From a virus (lineage: Duplodnaviria > Caudoviricetes), in the IMG/VR virus record IMGVR_UViG_3300027771_000869, positions 1 to 26,804 of that record: a DNA stretch of 26,804 bases, one strand, 5' to 3'. The notes below the pieces were generated by a model, which did not search any database, was not told the origin of the DNA, and saw only the letters and a list, made by a program, of their open reading frames with translations. The position numbers and the translations under genes were made by a program. This document shows positions 15,744 to 25,375 of the stretch, one piece after another. How positions within the stretch are numbered: the first letter of the stretch is position 1; every line of letters begins with the position of its first letter.

Positions 15744-18700
15744 CTAAAAACCTTTTGCGATAAAGTCAAATGTTCGTGACACTCCTGAACCACCAGAATT
15801 AGTGAACGCAACACTAAATCCAGCAATAGTTTTATTTGTTAATGTGTATGTATCTCCAGAAGCCATGTTTTGTACTGCAAAACCTAAAGCTGGTACAGTC
15901 ACATATGATTGCGTAAAGGTTACAGCTTTTGTTCCTGTGCCTGATACAATATTATTTCCTGATTCAATTCTATCTTCCATATCAAGAGTAACTTTTAATT
16001 CTGTTACAACTGGAGAAGCACTACCATTAGCAGATGTCATAACCATTCTAAATTTATAGAATCTAGCGAAATAATCTCCAACAACAAATGTTTGAAAAGG
16101 AGTATAGGTTGAGTTGTCTGCTGATATAGCAATTTGAAGTTCAGACGAACAATTAGCTTCTGCATCTCCATCAAAATTTCCTAATTTTTCATCAAAATTT
16201 CCTGCGGTAGCATCAAAAATATCATCTCTATCAACAAGAGTTTGAGAAACTATTGCAGTTACATTTGTAGTAATTCTTGAACCTACATCAATAATATCAC
16301 TAAATTCATATATTCCTTCTGCAAAAAGTTGCCCATTAGCAGTACCACTATCAAAATTTCTAGTAGTTTGACTATCAAAATTTCCAGATGCAGAATCAAA
16401 TAATTCTTGACTATCCAAAACTAAAGCTGGAACACTTGCTATACTAGGGTCTATATAAACATTAGTTTTATTACCTGTAAAATTAGGATTTTGAGTTGAT
16501 GATGTTAAAGCATTAAAATTACCAATACTATCAACAGCTACATAAACTATTGTAGCATCAATACTAGGATTACCTAATTTATCTCTAGCTTTAATTAAAT
16601 AAGCACCAGTCCTTGCTGGTACAACAACAGATGTTCCTGGTCTTGAAATTTTTTGTACTAATGGAACAGAATTTCCCCAAGTAGCATTAGTAGTTGAAAC
16701 TGAAAATCTTAATTCATAATAACTTAAATCTAATACATCAACAGCAGTCCAACTTAAAAAAGCATCTTGTCCTACAATATTACAACCAAAGTTAGTTACA
16801 TTAGGTGGTGGAGCAGATAAACCAATAACAGTATGATCTTGTGTTATAGTTGAAGAATTAACCCCATAAATATTTACACCTCTTGCTCTAATTTGATAAC
16901 TTGCTCTATCAATTACATTTAAAAATTCGTATTTAGTTCTAGCACCTCTACCGATTTGTTTAAAGTCATCAGTAACAGCAGTACCATTCGCATCAGTTAA
17001 TTGTTTAATTTCTATTTCATATAATTCAGTAAAATTATCTGTTGCCGCAGTTATTTCAATAACCATTTTTACGATTACAGTTCCATCATTATAAGAAACC
17101 AACTCATCACTTAAAGTAATTCCTAATGGTGCAGATACAGATGTAGATTTAGGTAAGTTAGTTGCCTTACCACTAGAAACAGTTGAATAATTACTTGTAG
17201 CAAAATCATATACAGCACTAGCAATTTCTTTAAAGTTAGCACTTATTTGTAAGCTACCATCATTTCCATTAATAGTAAAACCCCACTCTAATACTTGAAA
17301 GGTTTTATTTGTAAAACCCATTCTTGTATTTGTAATATTAACTGTATCTCCAACATCTAATTTAAAAGCACCCATATCAAAAGATGCTGAAAAAGATATT
17401 TGTTGTCTAACTTTTAATAATTGAATTTTAGATAATCTTTGACACATTCTACTAGAGTTAGTAAAAGGATAATCAAATTCAGCATAAATTCTTTCACTAT
17501 TATCTTCTGATTCAAAACTTGAATTAGTTAAGATAGGATAATTTTGTGGTTGAAAATCATTAGCTGGTTCAGAATATAAACCTTTAACAGCATTAAATAA
17601 TTCTTTTTTACTTACTCTACTATTAATTGATATACCACTTCTTAAATTACTTTCATTTAAAGTAACTGTTGGCGATAAAAAAGCAGATGGTATTATTTTA
17701 AATTCACCATTTGAATAAATTAAAAAACCACCCAAAGTAGTCATTAAATTTTCTATAATTACTTTGGGGCTTTGTGATAATTGAAAAGTACCATTGCAAG
17801 TAAATCTTTTTTCTGTTCCTGATGGATTTGTAACAGTAACAGTTTCATCACAAGTATTTGCACTTGCTATAAAATTTGTATCATTTATTTCAACATCTTC
17901 TACTTGCAAACCATAAATTGTATCTTTTAAAAAATCTCTTGTAGCTAAAACAGGATTGTCTGAAAAAGTTGTAAAATTAAATTTTTGAGTAGTGCTTCCT
18001 GATACAGAAGTTAAACTAATAGGAGTTCCTGCAACGCAGTTTGTATAGTTAGTTGCTAACTTAATATTATTAGCATCTACCTTAATAACAAAATAAGTTG
18101 TGCCATTACTTAAACCACCAATAGCAGTGTTGCTGTTAGAGTTATAAGTAGCCCTGTCAAAAGTAGAAAGTCCATGCGAAGAAAGGGTAATAGTGTTAGC
18201 AGATGTAGATACAGTGCTAGAAGAAGCAGTAAAGCTAGTTGCTCTTGGATCATATAATTTTTTCCCCTTAACTATTGCTGAAACATTTGGAACACCATTA
18301 GGATATACATCTTTATCAAATGTAAATTTAAGATACAAGTATGATTTTCCACTAATTTTATGATTAGTTGTCCATTGAGTAACATCAGCTACTAAATTTG
18401 CATCAGCTAATTGACCTACATCACCTAAATGTTTTTTAACTTGTAATTTACCATTATATTTATCACTACTTGTTGGTGTAAAAATAGGAATACCATTGCT
18501 ATCATTAGAATTTGTTTCTAATGCAACAGAATCATCTCCTAAAAAAAGAGTTGTTATTTCATCTACTTCGTGTCCAGCAAGGACAACAACCATATGTAAA
18601 AATTCATTTGTACTTGAAGTTGTTTCTGCATACACAATAGTACCACCAACTCTTGATGTACCATAAATAACTCTATAAGGTGCTGTGGGTGCTTTAGCAG

Positions 18701-19019
18701 TAACTGTAACTCCTGATTCTAAAGGTGTACCTATATTAGGTGGATCAATCTTGGGTGCAAGTTTTTGACCAATGATTCCACCAATAATAGAAGTCCCAAT
18801 AGAAATTAATGCCCTTGTAAGAAGAGGGTTTAGGTTCATACTCTGAAATGCTGTTATAGCACTTGGACCTAATATTACTACTGCCGCAACTACTGCCGCA
18901 ATAATAATAATTTTTTTAACTGAACCACCAGCTTGGGCTACTTGACCATGATGTTCATAAGAATCTTCTTCTATGATATTATTATCTTTATCATAAACTA
19001 TTTTTTTATAAATTTTCAC
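15744..19019 (-). CDS. Tail tip / host-specificity protein J-like (central fibre)
   Basis: VIYGTSRVGG, GKKLYDPR...SDNP, RFTCNG, FNAVKGLY and FN3-like segments (YQIRARGVN; YLIKARDKLGN); GTG start overlapping the upstream TAG. Confidence 0.85.
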   Translation of the reverse strand: MKIYKKIVYDKDNNIIEEDSYEHHGQVAQAGGSVKKIIIIAAVVAAVVILGPSAITAFQSMNLNPLLTRALISIGTSIIGGIIGQKLAPKIDPPNIGTPLESGVTVTAKAPTAPYRVIYGTSRVGGTIVYAETTSSTNEFLHMVVVLAGHEVDEITTLFLGDDSVALETNSNDSNGIPIFTPTSSDKYNGKLQVKKHLGDVGQLADANLVADVTQWTTNHKISGKSYLYLKFTFDKDVYPNGVPNVSAIVKGKKLYDPRATSFTASSSTVSTSANTITLSSHGLSTFDRATYNSNSNTAIGGLSNGTTYFVIKVDANNIKLATNYTNCVAGTPISLTSVSGSTTQKFNFTTFSDNPVLATRDFLKDTIYGLQVEDVEINDTNFIASANTCDETVTVTNPSGTEKRFTCNGTFQLSQSPKVIIENLMTTLGGFLIYSNGEFKIIPSAFLSPTVTLNESNLRSGISINSRVSKKELFNAVKGLYSEPANDFQPQNYPILTNSSFESEDNSERIYAEFDYPFTNSSRMCQRLSKIQLLKVRQQISFSASFDMGAFKLDVGDTVNITNTRMGFTNKTFQVLEWGFTINGNDGSLQISANFKEIASAVYDFATSNYSTVSSGKATNLPKSTSVSAPLGITLSDELVSYNDGTVIVKMVIEITAATDNFTELYEIEIKQLTDANGTAVTDDFKQIGRGARTKYEFLNVIDRASYQIRARGVNIYGVNSSTITQDHTVIGLSAPPPNVTNFGCNIVGQDAFLSWTAVDVLDLSYYELRFSVSTTNATWGNSVPLVQKISRPGTSVVVPARTGAYLIKARDKLGNPSIDATIVYVAVDSIGNFNALTSSTQNPNFTGNKTNVYIDPSIASVPALVLDSQELFDSASGNFDSQTTRNFDSGTANGQLFAEGIYEFSDIIDVGSRITTNVTAIVSQTLVDRDDIFDATAGNFDEKLGNFDGDAEANCSSELQIAISADNSTYTPFQTFVVGDYFARFYKFRMVMTSANGSASPVVTELKVTLDMEDRIESGNNIVSGTGTKAVTFTQSYVTVPALGFAVQNMASGDTYTLTNKTIAGFSVAFTNSGGSGVSRTFDFIAKGF

Positions 19020-19438
19020 TATTCAATTCTCCAAGCTATTTTACAATCAGCTTTATTTATTAAAACTATTGATTCTTTCCAGTTAAACATTATTTTTTCT
19101 CCAATACACACACCTAATGTACCATCTAAATCTGTTGTATCTTTATAATATAAAACATCTCCTTTTTGTGCTTTATCTATATCAATTACTTTAAAATTAT
19201 TTTCTTTTGCTATCTTTAATGCTATATGTAATAAATCTTTACTTTTTAAACTTTTAATTATTTTTTTTGCTTCTTTAATACTTTTATATTTATTATCAAA
19301 AACTTTTTTACCAGTTATTGTTTCAATACTATTTATAACAAAAGTAACACAATCATTTTTACCAAAAATAAATTTTTCTTTATTTTTTAATTCTTCAATA
19401 ACTAATTCTAATTTAGAACCCCAATTTTCTACACGCAT
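19019..19438 (-). CDS. NlpC/P60-like tail assembly protein (lambda K position, DUF6950-like)
   Basis: FIFGKNDCVTF...ITG, AQKGDV, LGVCIG, AWRI; sits between hub and J. Confidence 0.7.
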   Translation of the reverse strand: MRVENWGSKLELVIEELKNKEKFIFGKNDCVTFVINSIETITGKKVFDNKYKSIKEAKKIIKSLKSKDLLHIALKIAKENNFKVIDIDKAQKGDVLYYKDTTDLDGTLGVCIGEKIMFNWKESIVLINKADCKIAWRIE

Positions 19439-20016
19439 TAATTAGTAGCTTTTCCCCAAATTATTTCTTTGTCTTGTAAATCTGGTATAAATTCAAACCC
19501 TACATCATTTGCAAAATCAACTTGTTGATCTTCTAAAGTGTACATTCTGTTAGATGGTTTTTCAAAAGTCACTAATCTACTTTCTAACTGTAAAGTTATT
19601 ACAGTAGTATCATGTCCTTCTTGAATATTTAACACGTCCATTTTTCCTTTAAAAATAGTATAAACATCTGATATAACATTTTGTGAAGCATCAAATAAAC
19701 CTAAATAGACTGCACCATTTCTATTTGTATATCCTGCACTTAAAGCAGTAGATATTAAACTAGATTTTATTCCTGCTAAAGTTAAAGTAATACCACTCAT
19801 AGATAATGTTGAACTTTCTTCTATACCTGTAATTCCTAATAAATCTCCCTGACCAGTAAATGTTTTTGAAGAACCACCAGCAGTCATAGTTAAATTTCCA
19901 TAACCATTCCACATCTTTAATACTCCATCACTAAAGTCTAATTCAACTGCCATAATAGGTCTGACAACCTTATTAGTTATAGCTGTATTAAAAGCATCTG
20001 TTATATTTCTTGCCAT
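19438..20016 (-). CDS. Tail tip hub / minor tail protein (lambda L position)
   Basis: AVELDF...WNGYG, GDLLGI..IEE, FKGKMD, D.GFEF...LQDKEIIWG. Confidence 0.75.
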   Translation of the reverse strand: MARNITDAFNTAITNKVVRPIMAVELDFSDGVLKMWNGYGNLTMTAGGSSKTFTGQGDLLGITGIEESSTLSMSGITLTLAGIKSSLISTALSAGYTNRNGAVYLGLFDASQNVISDVYTIFKGKMDVLNIQEGHDTTVITLQLESRLVTFEKPSNRMYTLEDQQVDFANDVGFEFIPDLQDKEIIWGKATN

Positions 20017-20032
20017 TGTATTCCTTAATTAG

Positions 20033-20200
20033 TTATAATATTTTGCCTTTATTGATACCCTTTTTAATAACATATTTTTGAGTACCATTAGCACCAGTAT
20101 TAACTTCTTTTTTTAAATCTTTTAAAAAACTCATTCTTTTAGTTTTTTTTAATTCGTCTTTCATGTAGGTAATTATTTGTTTATTTATTCTTCCTATCAT
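20033..20200 (-). CDS. 55-aa basic hypothetical protein (not in ORF track)
   Basis: Manual translation MIGRINKQIITYMKDELKKTKRMSFLKDLKKEVNTGANGTQKYVIKKGINKGKIL; GAGG RBS. Confidence 0.7.
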   Translation of the reverse strand: MIGRINKQIITYMKDELKKTKRMSFLKDLKKEVNTGANGTQKYVIKKGINKGKIL

Positions 20201-20209
20201 TTTTACCTC

Positions 20210-20419
20210 TTATTTTAAATGTAATTTTACAATAGATTTTTCACCCATATATATTTCTGTTTCTGCTTTTGATTTTATACATTGATAGTCTATACGACTT
20301 GTACCTGATCTCATTGCAATTCTTTTAGCTTTTAAACAATGTGACATAGATTCTTGTATTCTATGTTCCTTGATTTCTCCGTTTACAATCATCAATAATG
20401 CTACAACTATTTCAACCAT
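20210..20419 (-). CDS. Small protein with hydrophobic N-terminus and a Cys pair
   Basis: Likely start MVEIVVALLMIV at 20419 (8-nt overlap with the upstream gene); SHCLKAKR...YQCI. Confidence 0.65.
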   Translation of the reverse strand: MVEIVVALLMIVNGEIKEHRIQESMSHCLKAKRIAMRSGTSRIDYQCIKSKAETEIYMGEKSIVKLHLK

Positions 20420-20780
20420 GACTACCATTCCCATTTTGTCTTACTTTATCTTTTAATCTCTCAACATCTTCTAAAAGTTTTTCAGTTTGTTTCTTTAAAA
20501 ATTCTATATTGATTTTATTGTGCATCATATTATCAATTCTTTTTTCTAATTTTTCTGTTGACTTATACAAGTCTTCTACCAACATAAATTGTTCCTGATC
20601 AGTTGGTAATTGTTCACTTTTTTTAAGTAAGTCTGCTTGAAATAATTCTCTTGAAGTTTCTAATGAAGTTAATCTAGAAGTTACTTCTGTATAGGCAAAC
20701 ACACCCATAGCTACTGCTATAACAATACCAATCATATTTTTAACTGGCATACTTACTGATGTATTATCTGATATTTTCAT
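20412..20780 (-). CDS. N-terminal TM plus coiled-coil protein
   Basis: MIGIVIAVAMGVFAY followed by heptad-rich sequence. Confidence 0.75.
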   Translation of the reverse strand: MKISDNTSVSMPVKNMIGIVIAVAMGVFAYTEVTSRLTSLETSRELFQADLLKKSEQLPTDQEQFMLVEDLYKSTEKLEKRIDNMMHNKINIEFLKKQTEKLLEDVERLKDKVRQNGNGSHG

Positions 20781-20905
20781 TTTTTTCTTTTTCTACCCAT
20801 ATAATGTTCTGATGGTTCATAGTTCCATTTTTTGCCATGATGACCTCTAATATCGCAGTACATCATGCGGAGTTTAACTATAATTTTTAATATAGACCTA
20901 CTCAT
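20777..20905 (-). CDS. 42-aa basic hypothetical protein (not in ORF track)
   Basis: Manual translation MSRSILKIIVKLRMMYCDIRGHHGKKWNYEPSEHYMGRKRKK; ATGA overlaps at both ends. Confidence 0.75.
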   Translation of the reverse strand: MSRSILKIIVKLRMMYCDIRGHHGKKWNYEPSEHYMGRKRKK

Positions 20906-21480
20906 TTTGTAGGTACTGGTAATTCTTCTGTTAAGTATTTAGGTATTTTTAATTTTTTCTTTGTAGAATCTTCTCCCATATAATTGTCTGGATTTTTTTC
21001 CATATATTCTTTTTTTAAATTATCCCAATGATTTCCTTCTTCTTTCTTATTAAGAACTTCTTCATTAACTGATATTATACCCTTACACTTTAAAGCTAAT
21101 GATTTAAAGTTTTCATTATATAGATAACTAGGATTAGCATTAACTTTATTACAATGTTTTAATAATTCTAATTGTTGTTTTAATATAAGATTTTCTGTTC
21201 TTATTCTATTTTGTGAGTCACAATTTCTTTTAGATAGACCTAAATTTTTTCTAAACGATAATCTTAATTCGTGTCTATTATTATCATAATCGCTAGTGCT
21301 TGGAATACGATAATCTTGTTCGGTTTCAGCTTTAGTAATAGATACATCTACACTTCCATAGACACATTGTGATCCATCATTTTGAAGATATTCATTTCTA
21401 GGGTAAGCAGGTTTAACAAAAAAAACCATTAGGCACATAGATAATATTAATATTGCTGTAAATCTGTAATCCATTATCAT
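20902..21480 (-). CDS. Exported hypothetical protein
   Basis: Signal-like FTAILILSMCLMVFFVKPAYP; four Cys in the mature part; AAGGA RBS. Confidence 0.75.
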   Translation of the reverse strand: MIMDYRFTAILILSMCLMVFFVKPAYPRNEYLQNDGSQCVYGSVDVSITKAETEQDYRIPSTSDYDNNRHELRLSFRKNLGLSKRNCDSQNRIRTENLILKQQLELLKHCNKVNANPSYLYNENFKSLALKCKGIISVNEEVLNKKEEGNHWDNLKKEYMEKNPDNYMGEDSTKKKLKIPKYLTEELPVPTK

Positions 21481-21501
21481 CTACCATAAATCCTTTATTT
21501 T

Positions 21502-21840
21502 TTAATTGTTTAATAAATCTCTAGCTACGTCTTTAATATCATAGCCTTGTTCTCGTACAGTGTTGGCGAGTACATTATAGAGATTCTCTGCCATCTGCCA
21601 TGTAGCTTCTGCTGATGCAAGTCTAGTTTTTACATCTGCCATTTTTTCTTGTTCGTGAGATAAATCTCTACGCAAATCTTTTATTTGAACTTCTTGTATT
21701 TTTATTATTTCTTGTTGATTAGCATTTATAGTATCTGTAAGATTAACTATATACTTTATACCAGTAAAAGTTCCAAAAAGGATTGATGCTATAACTGGTA
21801 CTAAAACAAAATTTTTTTTTAATAAATCTAATATGTTCAT
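21502..21840 (-). CDS. N-terminal TM plus coiled-coil protein
   Basis: FVLVPVIASILFGTFTGI followed by a long coiled coil; TAATG overlap with Dit. Confidence 0.75.
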   Translation of the reverse strand: MNILDLLKKNFVLVPVIASILFGTFTGIKYIVNLTDTINANQQEIIKIQEVQIKDLRRDLSHEQEKMADVKTRLASAEATWQMAENLYNVLANTVREQGYDIKDVARDLLNN

Positions 21841-22466
21841 TATAAGTCCTCGCTACAAGCAAAAGATATTCCATAAACACTTACAGTATTAGTATCCCAA
21901 TTAAGTTCATTACTATCTAATCTCATAACTGTTGTTGTGTTTGTGTAAATTACTGTTGTGTTATCATTAATAGCTTCAATACCTGTTCTTAAAGATGGTT
22001 CTATTAAAACTGCGGCTTGTCCACTACCATTTGCACTTACATTTGCACTAACCATATAAAGATAACTATTTATTTGAATATAATCTCCAGCTAAAAAAAC
22101 ATTTGCTCTATTTGCAGTAAAGCCATCTAAATTAATAGAATTACCAGTTTGTGCCGCACCTCTAACTAAAACTGTTCCTGTTGCTGTTCCTTGAATATTT
22201 TTTCTATCTTGATCGCCTATTTTAAAACTTCCTCTACGACCTCTTAATGACATAAGAAAACCTAACCATACTGCGGCTTTATCTTTTTTCATAGGTGGTA
22301 AAGTAAAGGTAGCTTTCCATTGTGCACCCTCATGTTCAAAAACTTGTTCTTGATTAGTAAATGGAGATTCAGTAACAGCTACTACTCTTTCCATTCCCCA
22401 GTTCTGTGTTTTAATTCCAGTAACAGTAGGAAGTGTCAAAGGATAACTTGGTGTGTATGATGCCAT
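21840..22466 (-). CDS. Distal tail protein (Dit-like)
   Basis: SPFTNQEQV, WKATFTLPPM, FLMSLRGRRGSF, AGDYIQI, IEPSLR; directly after the TMP. Confidence 0.75.
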   Translation of the reverse strand: MASYTPSYPLTLPTVTGIKTQNWGMERVVAVTESPFTNQEQVFEHEGAQWKATFTLPPMKKDKAAVWLGFLMSLRGRRGSFKIGDQDRKNIQGTATGTVLVRGAAQTGNSINLDGFTANRANVFLAGDYIQINSYLYMVSANVSANGSGQAAVLIEPSLRTGIEAINDNTTVIYTNTTTVMRLDSNELNWDTNTVSVYGISFACSEDL

Positions 22467-22468
22467 GA

Positions 22469-24478
22469 TTAACTACCGAATGCCTTACTAAATTTTCCGC
22501 CTCGTTGCTTTGCGTCTGCAACAGCTTGAATTGTTGATTGTTGTATTGATGGTAACATATTCATAACTTCTGCTCTTACTGTATTAGTAACACCAACAGC
22601 AAAGTTTAAATTTTGTACTATACTAACTCCACCACCACCACCCATAGCTGATTTAGTATCTGAATTATTTTTAATTGAACCAGCACTATTAGGAACAAAT
22701 AACTCTGGACCTCTTTCTCCAACTATAGTTGGTGATCCTTGTTGTACTGTTCCACCACCTGCCATTAATGTTCTTGTTGAGTGTGATGGTGCGGCATTTG
22801 GATTTCCACCCATAATAGAACCAAGTATATCTTTGAAGAAATTACCTTTCTTCATTCTATTTTCTATTTGTTGTTGTATCTTATCTAATACCATTACTTT
22901 AAATATCATTTTTTGTAATGCTATTACCATTTCTAAAAGAATATTTTTAAAATCTAATGTGTGTAATTTACCTCTAAACATAGCATCAGATATTTTATCT
23001 CCAACACTTGCAAATGTACTTCCAACACCAGTTGCTATTTTATCTAAATCTTCTTGTATTACTCTTAATTCTTCAAATGCTTTATTTCTTTTTAAAATTC
23101 CTTCAGTAGCTATTTCCATTTGTATAGCTATTTCTTCTTCTGATAATTTACCATCACTACCAAGTTTTTTTCTTAACTCATCTTGTATTTTGTATATATC
23201 GTTTAAATCTTTTAATTCTGCTTGTGTTTTTCCTAATCCTTTTATTGCTCTATCAGTATCTCTTGTATGTATTCTTGCGTTTTTTTCTTGTATTTCACGC
23301 AACATATGTTCTTCTTTAGCTTTTTCACTTATAGCATGAAGTTCTCTATGTGCATCTTTATTTGACTCATCAGCTAAATTATTTAATTGAGCCATGTGTT
23401 CAGCAATTAATATTTTTAATTCAGCATATCTTTTTTGATCAGAAGTTTGCATTTGTAATTGCATTGAACTATTCATATCATCTGTATTATCAAGAGTTGC
23501 CAGTTCTTCTTTCATTTCTTTAAGAGAATCAGTAACTTGTTTAATAGTTGTTAGCTTCGAGGCTTCCATATCAAGTTTAGCCATTTCACCAGCTAATCCA
23601 TTAATTGCTTTAGTTAAAAAATTAACTATACCAGTACCTGTTTTTGTTCTTTCAAAAAATATATCAAAATTTTCTCCTAAAGAATCTACTGCACCAGCTA
23701 AACCACCTGCGGCTTTAACACCAGCACCACCTACTTGTTGATCTAACGCATCTAAAATAATTCTTTGTGCTTCTGCTTTCCTACCTGTCATAGTAAGAAC
23801 TTTAATCATTTCTTTTTGTGCATCAGTAAACGAAACACCTACTCGTCTTAATGCACCTAAACCAACTATTGGATCTTCTAGTGCTTTACCTAATTGAGTA
23901 GCACCCATTTTTAAATCACCAAAACCAACTTCTGCTAAATCTTGTGCTAATCTTAATGCGTCTTTAAAAGTTTCTCCAGTTATAGATTTAAAGGTAAGCA
24001 TTATACCTGCCGCATCTCTAACTTTTGAAGTTGAAGCTAATGTTGCTACACCTATTTCAGTAGCTAAATTTTCTATCTCATTTAAACTTAATCCTGCCGC
24101 ACCACCTGTTGCTTTTAAAATACCTTCTAATTTAAGTAATTGAGTTTGTGCACCAACAGTATTTTTAACTAATTTTGTAAATGCTAAACCTAATCCAACA
24201 ACTAAACCAGTAATACCTAGCATCAATGGACTAACTCTACCAACGATTGCACCAATAGCAGATAGACGACCAGCTACTGGACCAAGTGGACCTTGAACTG
24301 CCGCAATAGAACCAGCAGTATTCTGGAATGCTTTGGAAACCCTATTCATTCCTTTAGCACTTTTCTTTGCCGCCTTATCAACAGTTGTTAATTTCTTCTT
24401 TGCACCCTCTAGGCTAGTCTTAAACTTTTGTGCGTTTGCAATAAGTTCTACTCTGATGGTTGCTAAATTTGCTGACAT
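22469..24478 (-). CDS. Tail tape measure protein
   Basis: Ala/Gly-rich helical protein; QLGKALEDP..GL.ALRRVGVSFT; C-terminal AGGGTV...IVGERGPELFVP; follows the chaperones. Confidence 0.92.
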   Translation of the reverse strand: MSANLATIRVELIANAQKFKTSLEGAKKKLTTVDKAAKKSAKGMNRVSKAFQNTAGSIAAVQGPLGPVAGRLSAIGAIVGRVSPLMLGITGLVVGLGLAFTKLVKNTVGAQTQLLKLEGILKATGGAAGLSLNEIENLATEIGVATLASTSKVRDAAGIMLTFKSITGETFKDALRLAQDLAEVGFGDLKMGATQLGKALEDPIVGLGALRRVGVSFTDAQKEMIKVLTMTGRKAEAQRIILDALDQQVGGAGVKAAGGLAGAVDSLGENFDIFFERTKTGTGIVNFLTKAINGLAGEMAKLDMEASKLTTIKQVTDSLKEMKEELATLDNTDDMNSSMQLQMQTSDQKRYAELKILIAEHMAQLNNLADESNKDAHRELHAISEKAKEEHMLREIQEKNARIHTRDTDRAIKGLGKTQAELKDLNDIYKIQDELRKKLGSDGKLSEEEIAIQMEIATEGILKRNKAFEELRVIQEDLDKIATGVGSTFASVGDKISDAMFRGKLHTLDFKNILLEMVIALQKMIFKVMVLDKIQQQIENRMKKGNFFKDILGSIMGGNPNAAPSHSTRTLMAGGGTVQQGSPTIVGERGPELFVPNSAGSIKNNSDTKSAMGGGGGVSIVQNLNFAVGVTNTVRAEVMNMLPSIQQSTIQAVADAKQRGGKFSKAFGS

Positions 24479-24482
24479 AATA

Positions 24483-24725
24483 TTAATCTGGGAATTGCCT
24501 CATTAAATCTTCCATTTCGTTTTTAACTAATGGATTATTATTAGTTTTACTTTTGCCATTCTTTAAATGATGACCATTCAAAGCTGACATAAATTCTGTT
24601 ATTGATAAATCCCAAAATACTTTAGGGGAGAATTTTAATACACCAAGACCTATTTCTAGATATTGCTGGATTGGGTATTTTTCGGCTCGTTCTCCCCCTG
24701 TACTAAAGGGGAATCTTCTTCTGCT
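24483..24725 (-). CDS. Tail assembly chaperone T-frame (C-terminal part of the GT fusion, GTA-like)
   Basis: -1 frame reads YPIQQYLEIGLGVLKFSPKVFWDLSITEFMSAL...MEDLMRQFPD*; no start codon before the conserved part; not in ORF track. Confidence 0.85.
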   Translation of the reverse strand, partial: SRRRFPFSTGGERAEKYPIQQYLEIGLGVLKFSPKVFWDLSITEFMSALNGHHLKNGKSKTNNNPLVKNEMEDLMRQFPD

Positions 24726-25033
24726 TTATCGCCTGTAAATATTGTCATTAATACTTCTGAACATAATATTCCAATTTTTAATAATCCACTTTGAAGAACC
24801 ATATCTCCAACTGCTGATTGAGCAAACTTACCACCAGCACCTTGTAAGGCTTCGTGCATAACAATAACTACATCTTGTAAAGAATATTTATTTTGAGCCA
24901 TGCTATTAGTAATTTCTAATATTGATTTACCAGTTCTATTTTCTATATTAACTATACTTTCAAAGGTAAGTCTGAAAGTTCTTTCTTTATCTCCCAGCTT
25001 ACCCTTGATTTCGCCTTTATACTGATTCGCCAT
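24656..25033 (-). CDS. Tail assembly chaperone G (GTA gp10-like)
   Basis: MANQYKGEI...RLTFESIVNIE..TG; position between tube and TMP. Confidence 0.82.
   Translation of the reverse strand: MANQYKGEIKGKLGDKERTFRLTFESIVNIENRTGKSILEITNSMAQNKYSLQDVVIVMHEALQGAGGKFAQSAVGDMVLQSGLLKIGILCSEVLMTIFTGDKAEEDSPLVQGENEPKNTQSSNI
24704..24710 (-). other. Programmed -1 frameshift slippery heptamer C CCT TTA
   Basis: X XXY YYZ in G-frame phase; T-frame opens only after TAA at 24726-24728; downstream stem present. Confidence 0.8.
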
Positions 25034-25355
25034 TAGTGTCCTTTTCTATTAATTGTTCAGTTAATGTTTTTTCTTTTGGTTCAGATTTTTTTAGTTTTTT
25101 CAAAGTCTTATTTGATTTAACTATATCACTTGTATCTTTATCTTCGCAAGTAATTTCTGCTCTTGTAGAATAAACTTCAACCTTTTGAACAATCATTTCA
25201 GTAACACCAATAGTGATATGGTCATAGGGTTTAACAGGAATATCACTTCTTGTTTCGATAGTAACTACACCCTTTCTTGTAACCTTGTAGAAACCATTAT
25301 AGGACTCGCCTTGAAATTTTATTTCTATCACTTTAAACCCATCTGTATATTCCAT
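25017..25355 (-). CDS. Hypothetical protein between tail tube and chaperone
   Basis: AAGGA RBS; beta-rich N-terminal part and charged C-terminal tail. Confidence 0.7.
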   Translation of the reverse strand: MEYTDGFKVIEIKFQGESYNGFYKVTRKGVVTIETRSDIPVKPYDHITIGVTEMIVQKVEVYSTRAEITCEDKDTSDIVKSNKTLKKLKKSEPKEKTLTEQLIEKDTNGESV

Positions 25356-25375
25356 ATCATTTTCCTTATTAGTTA

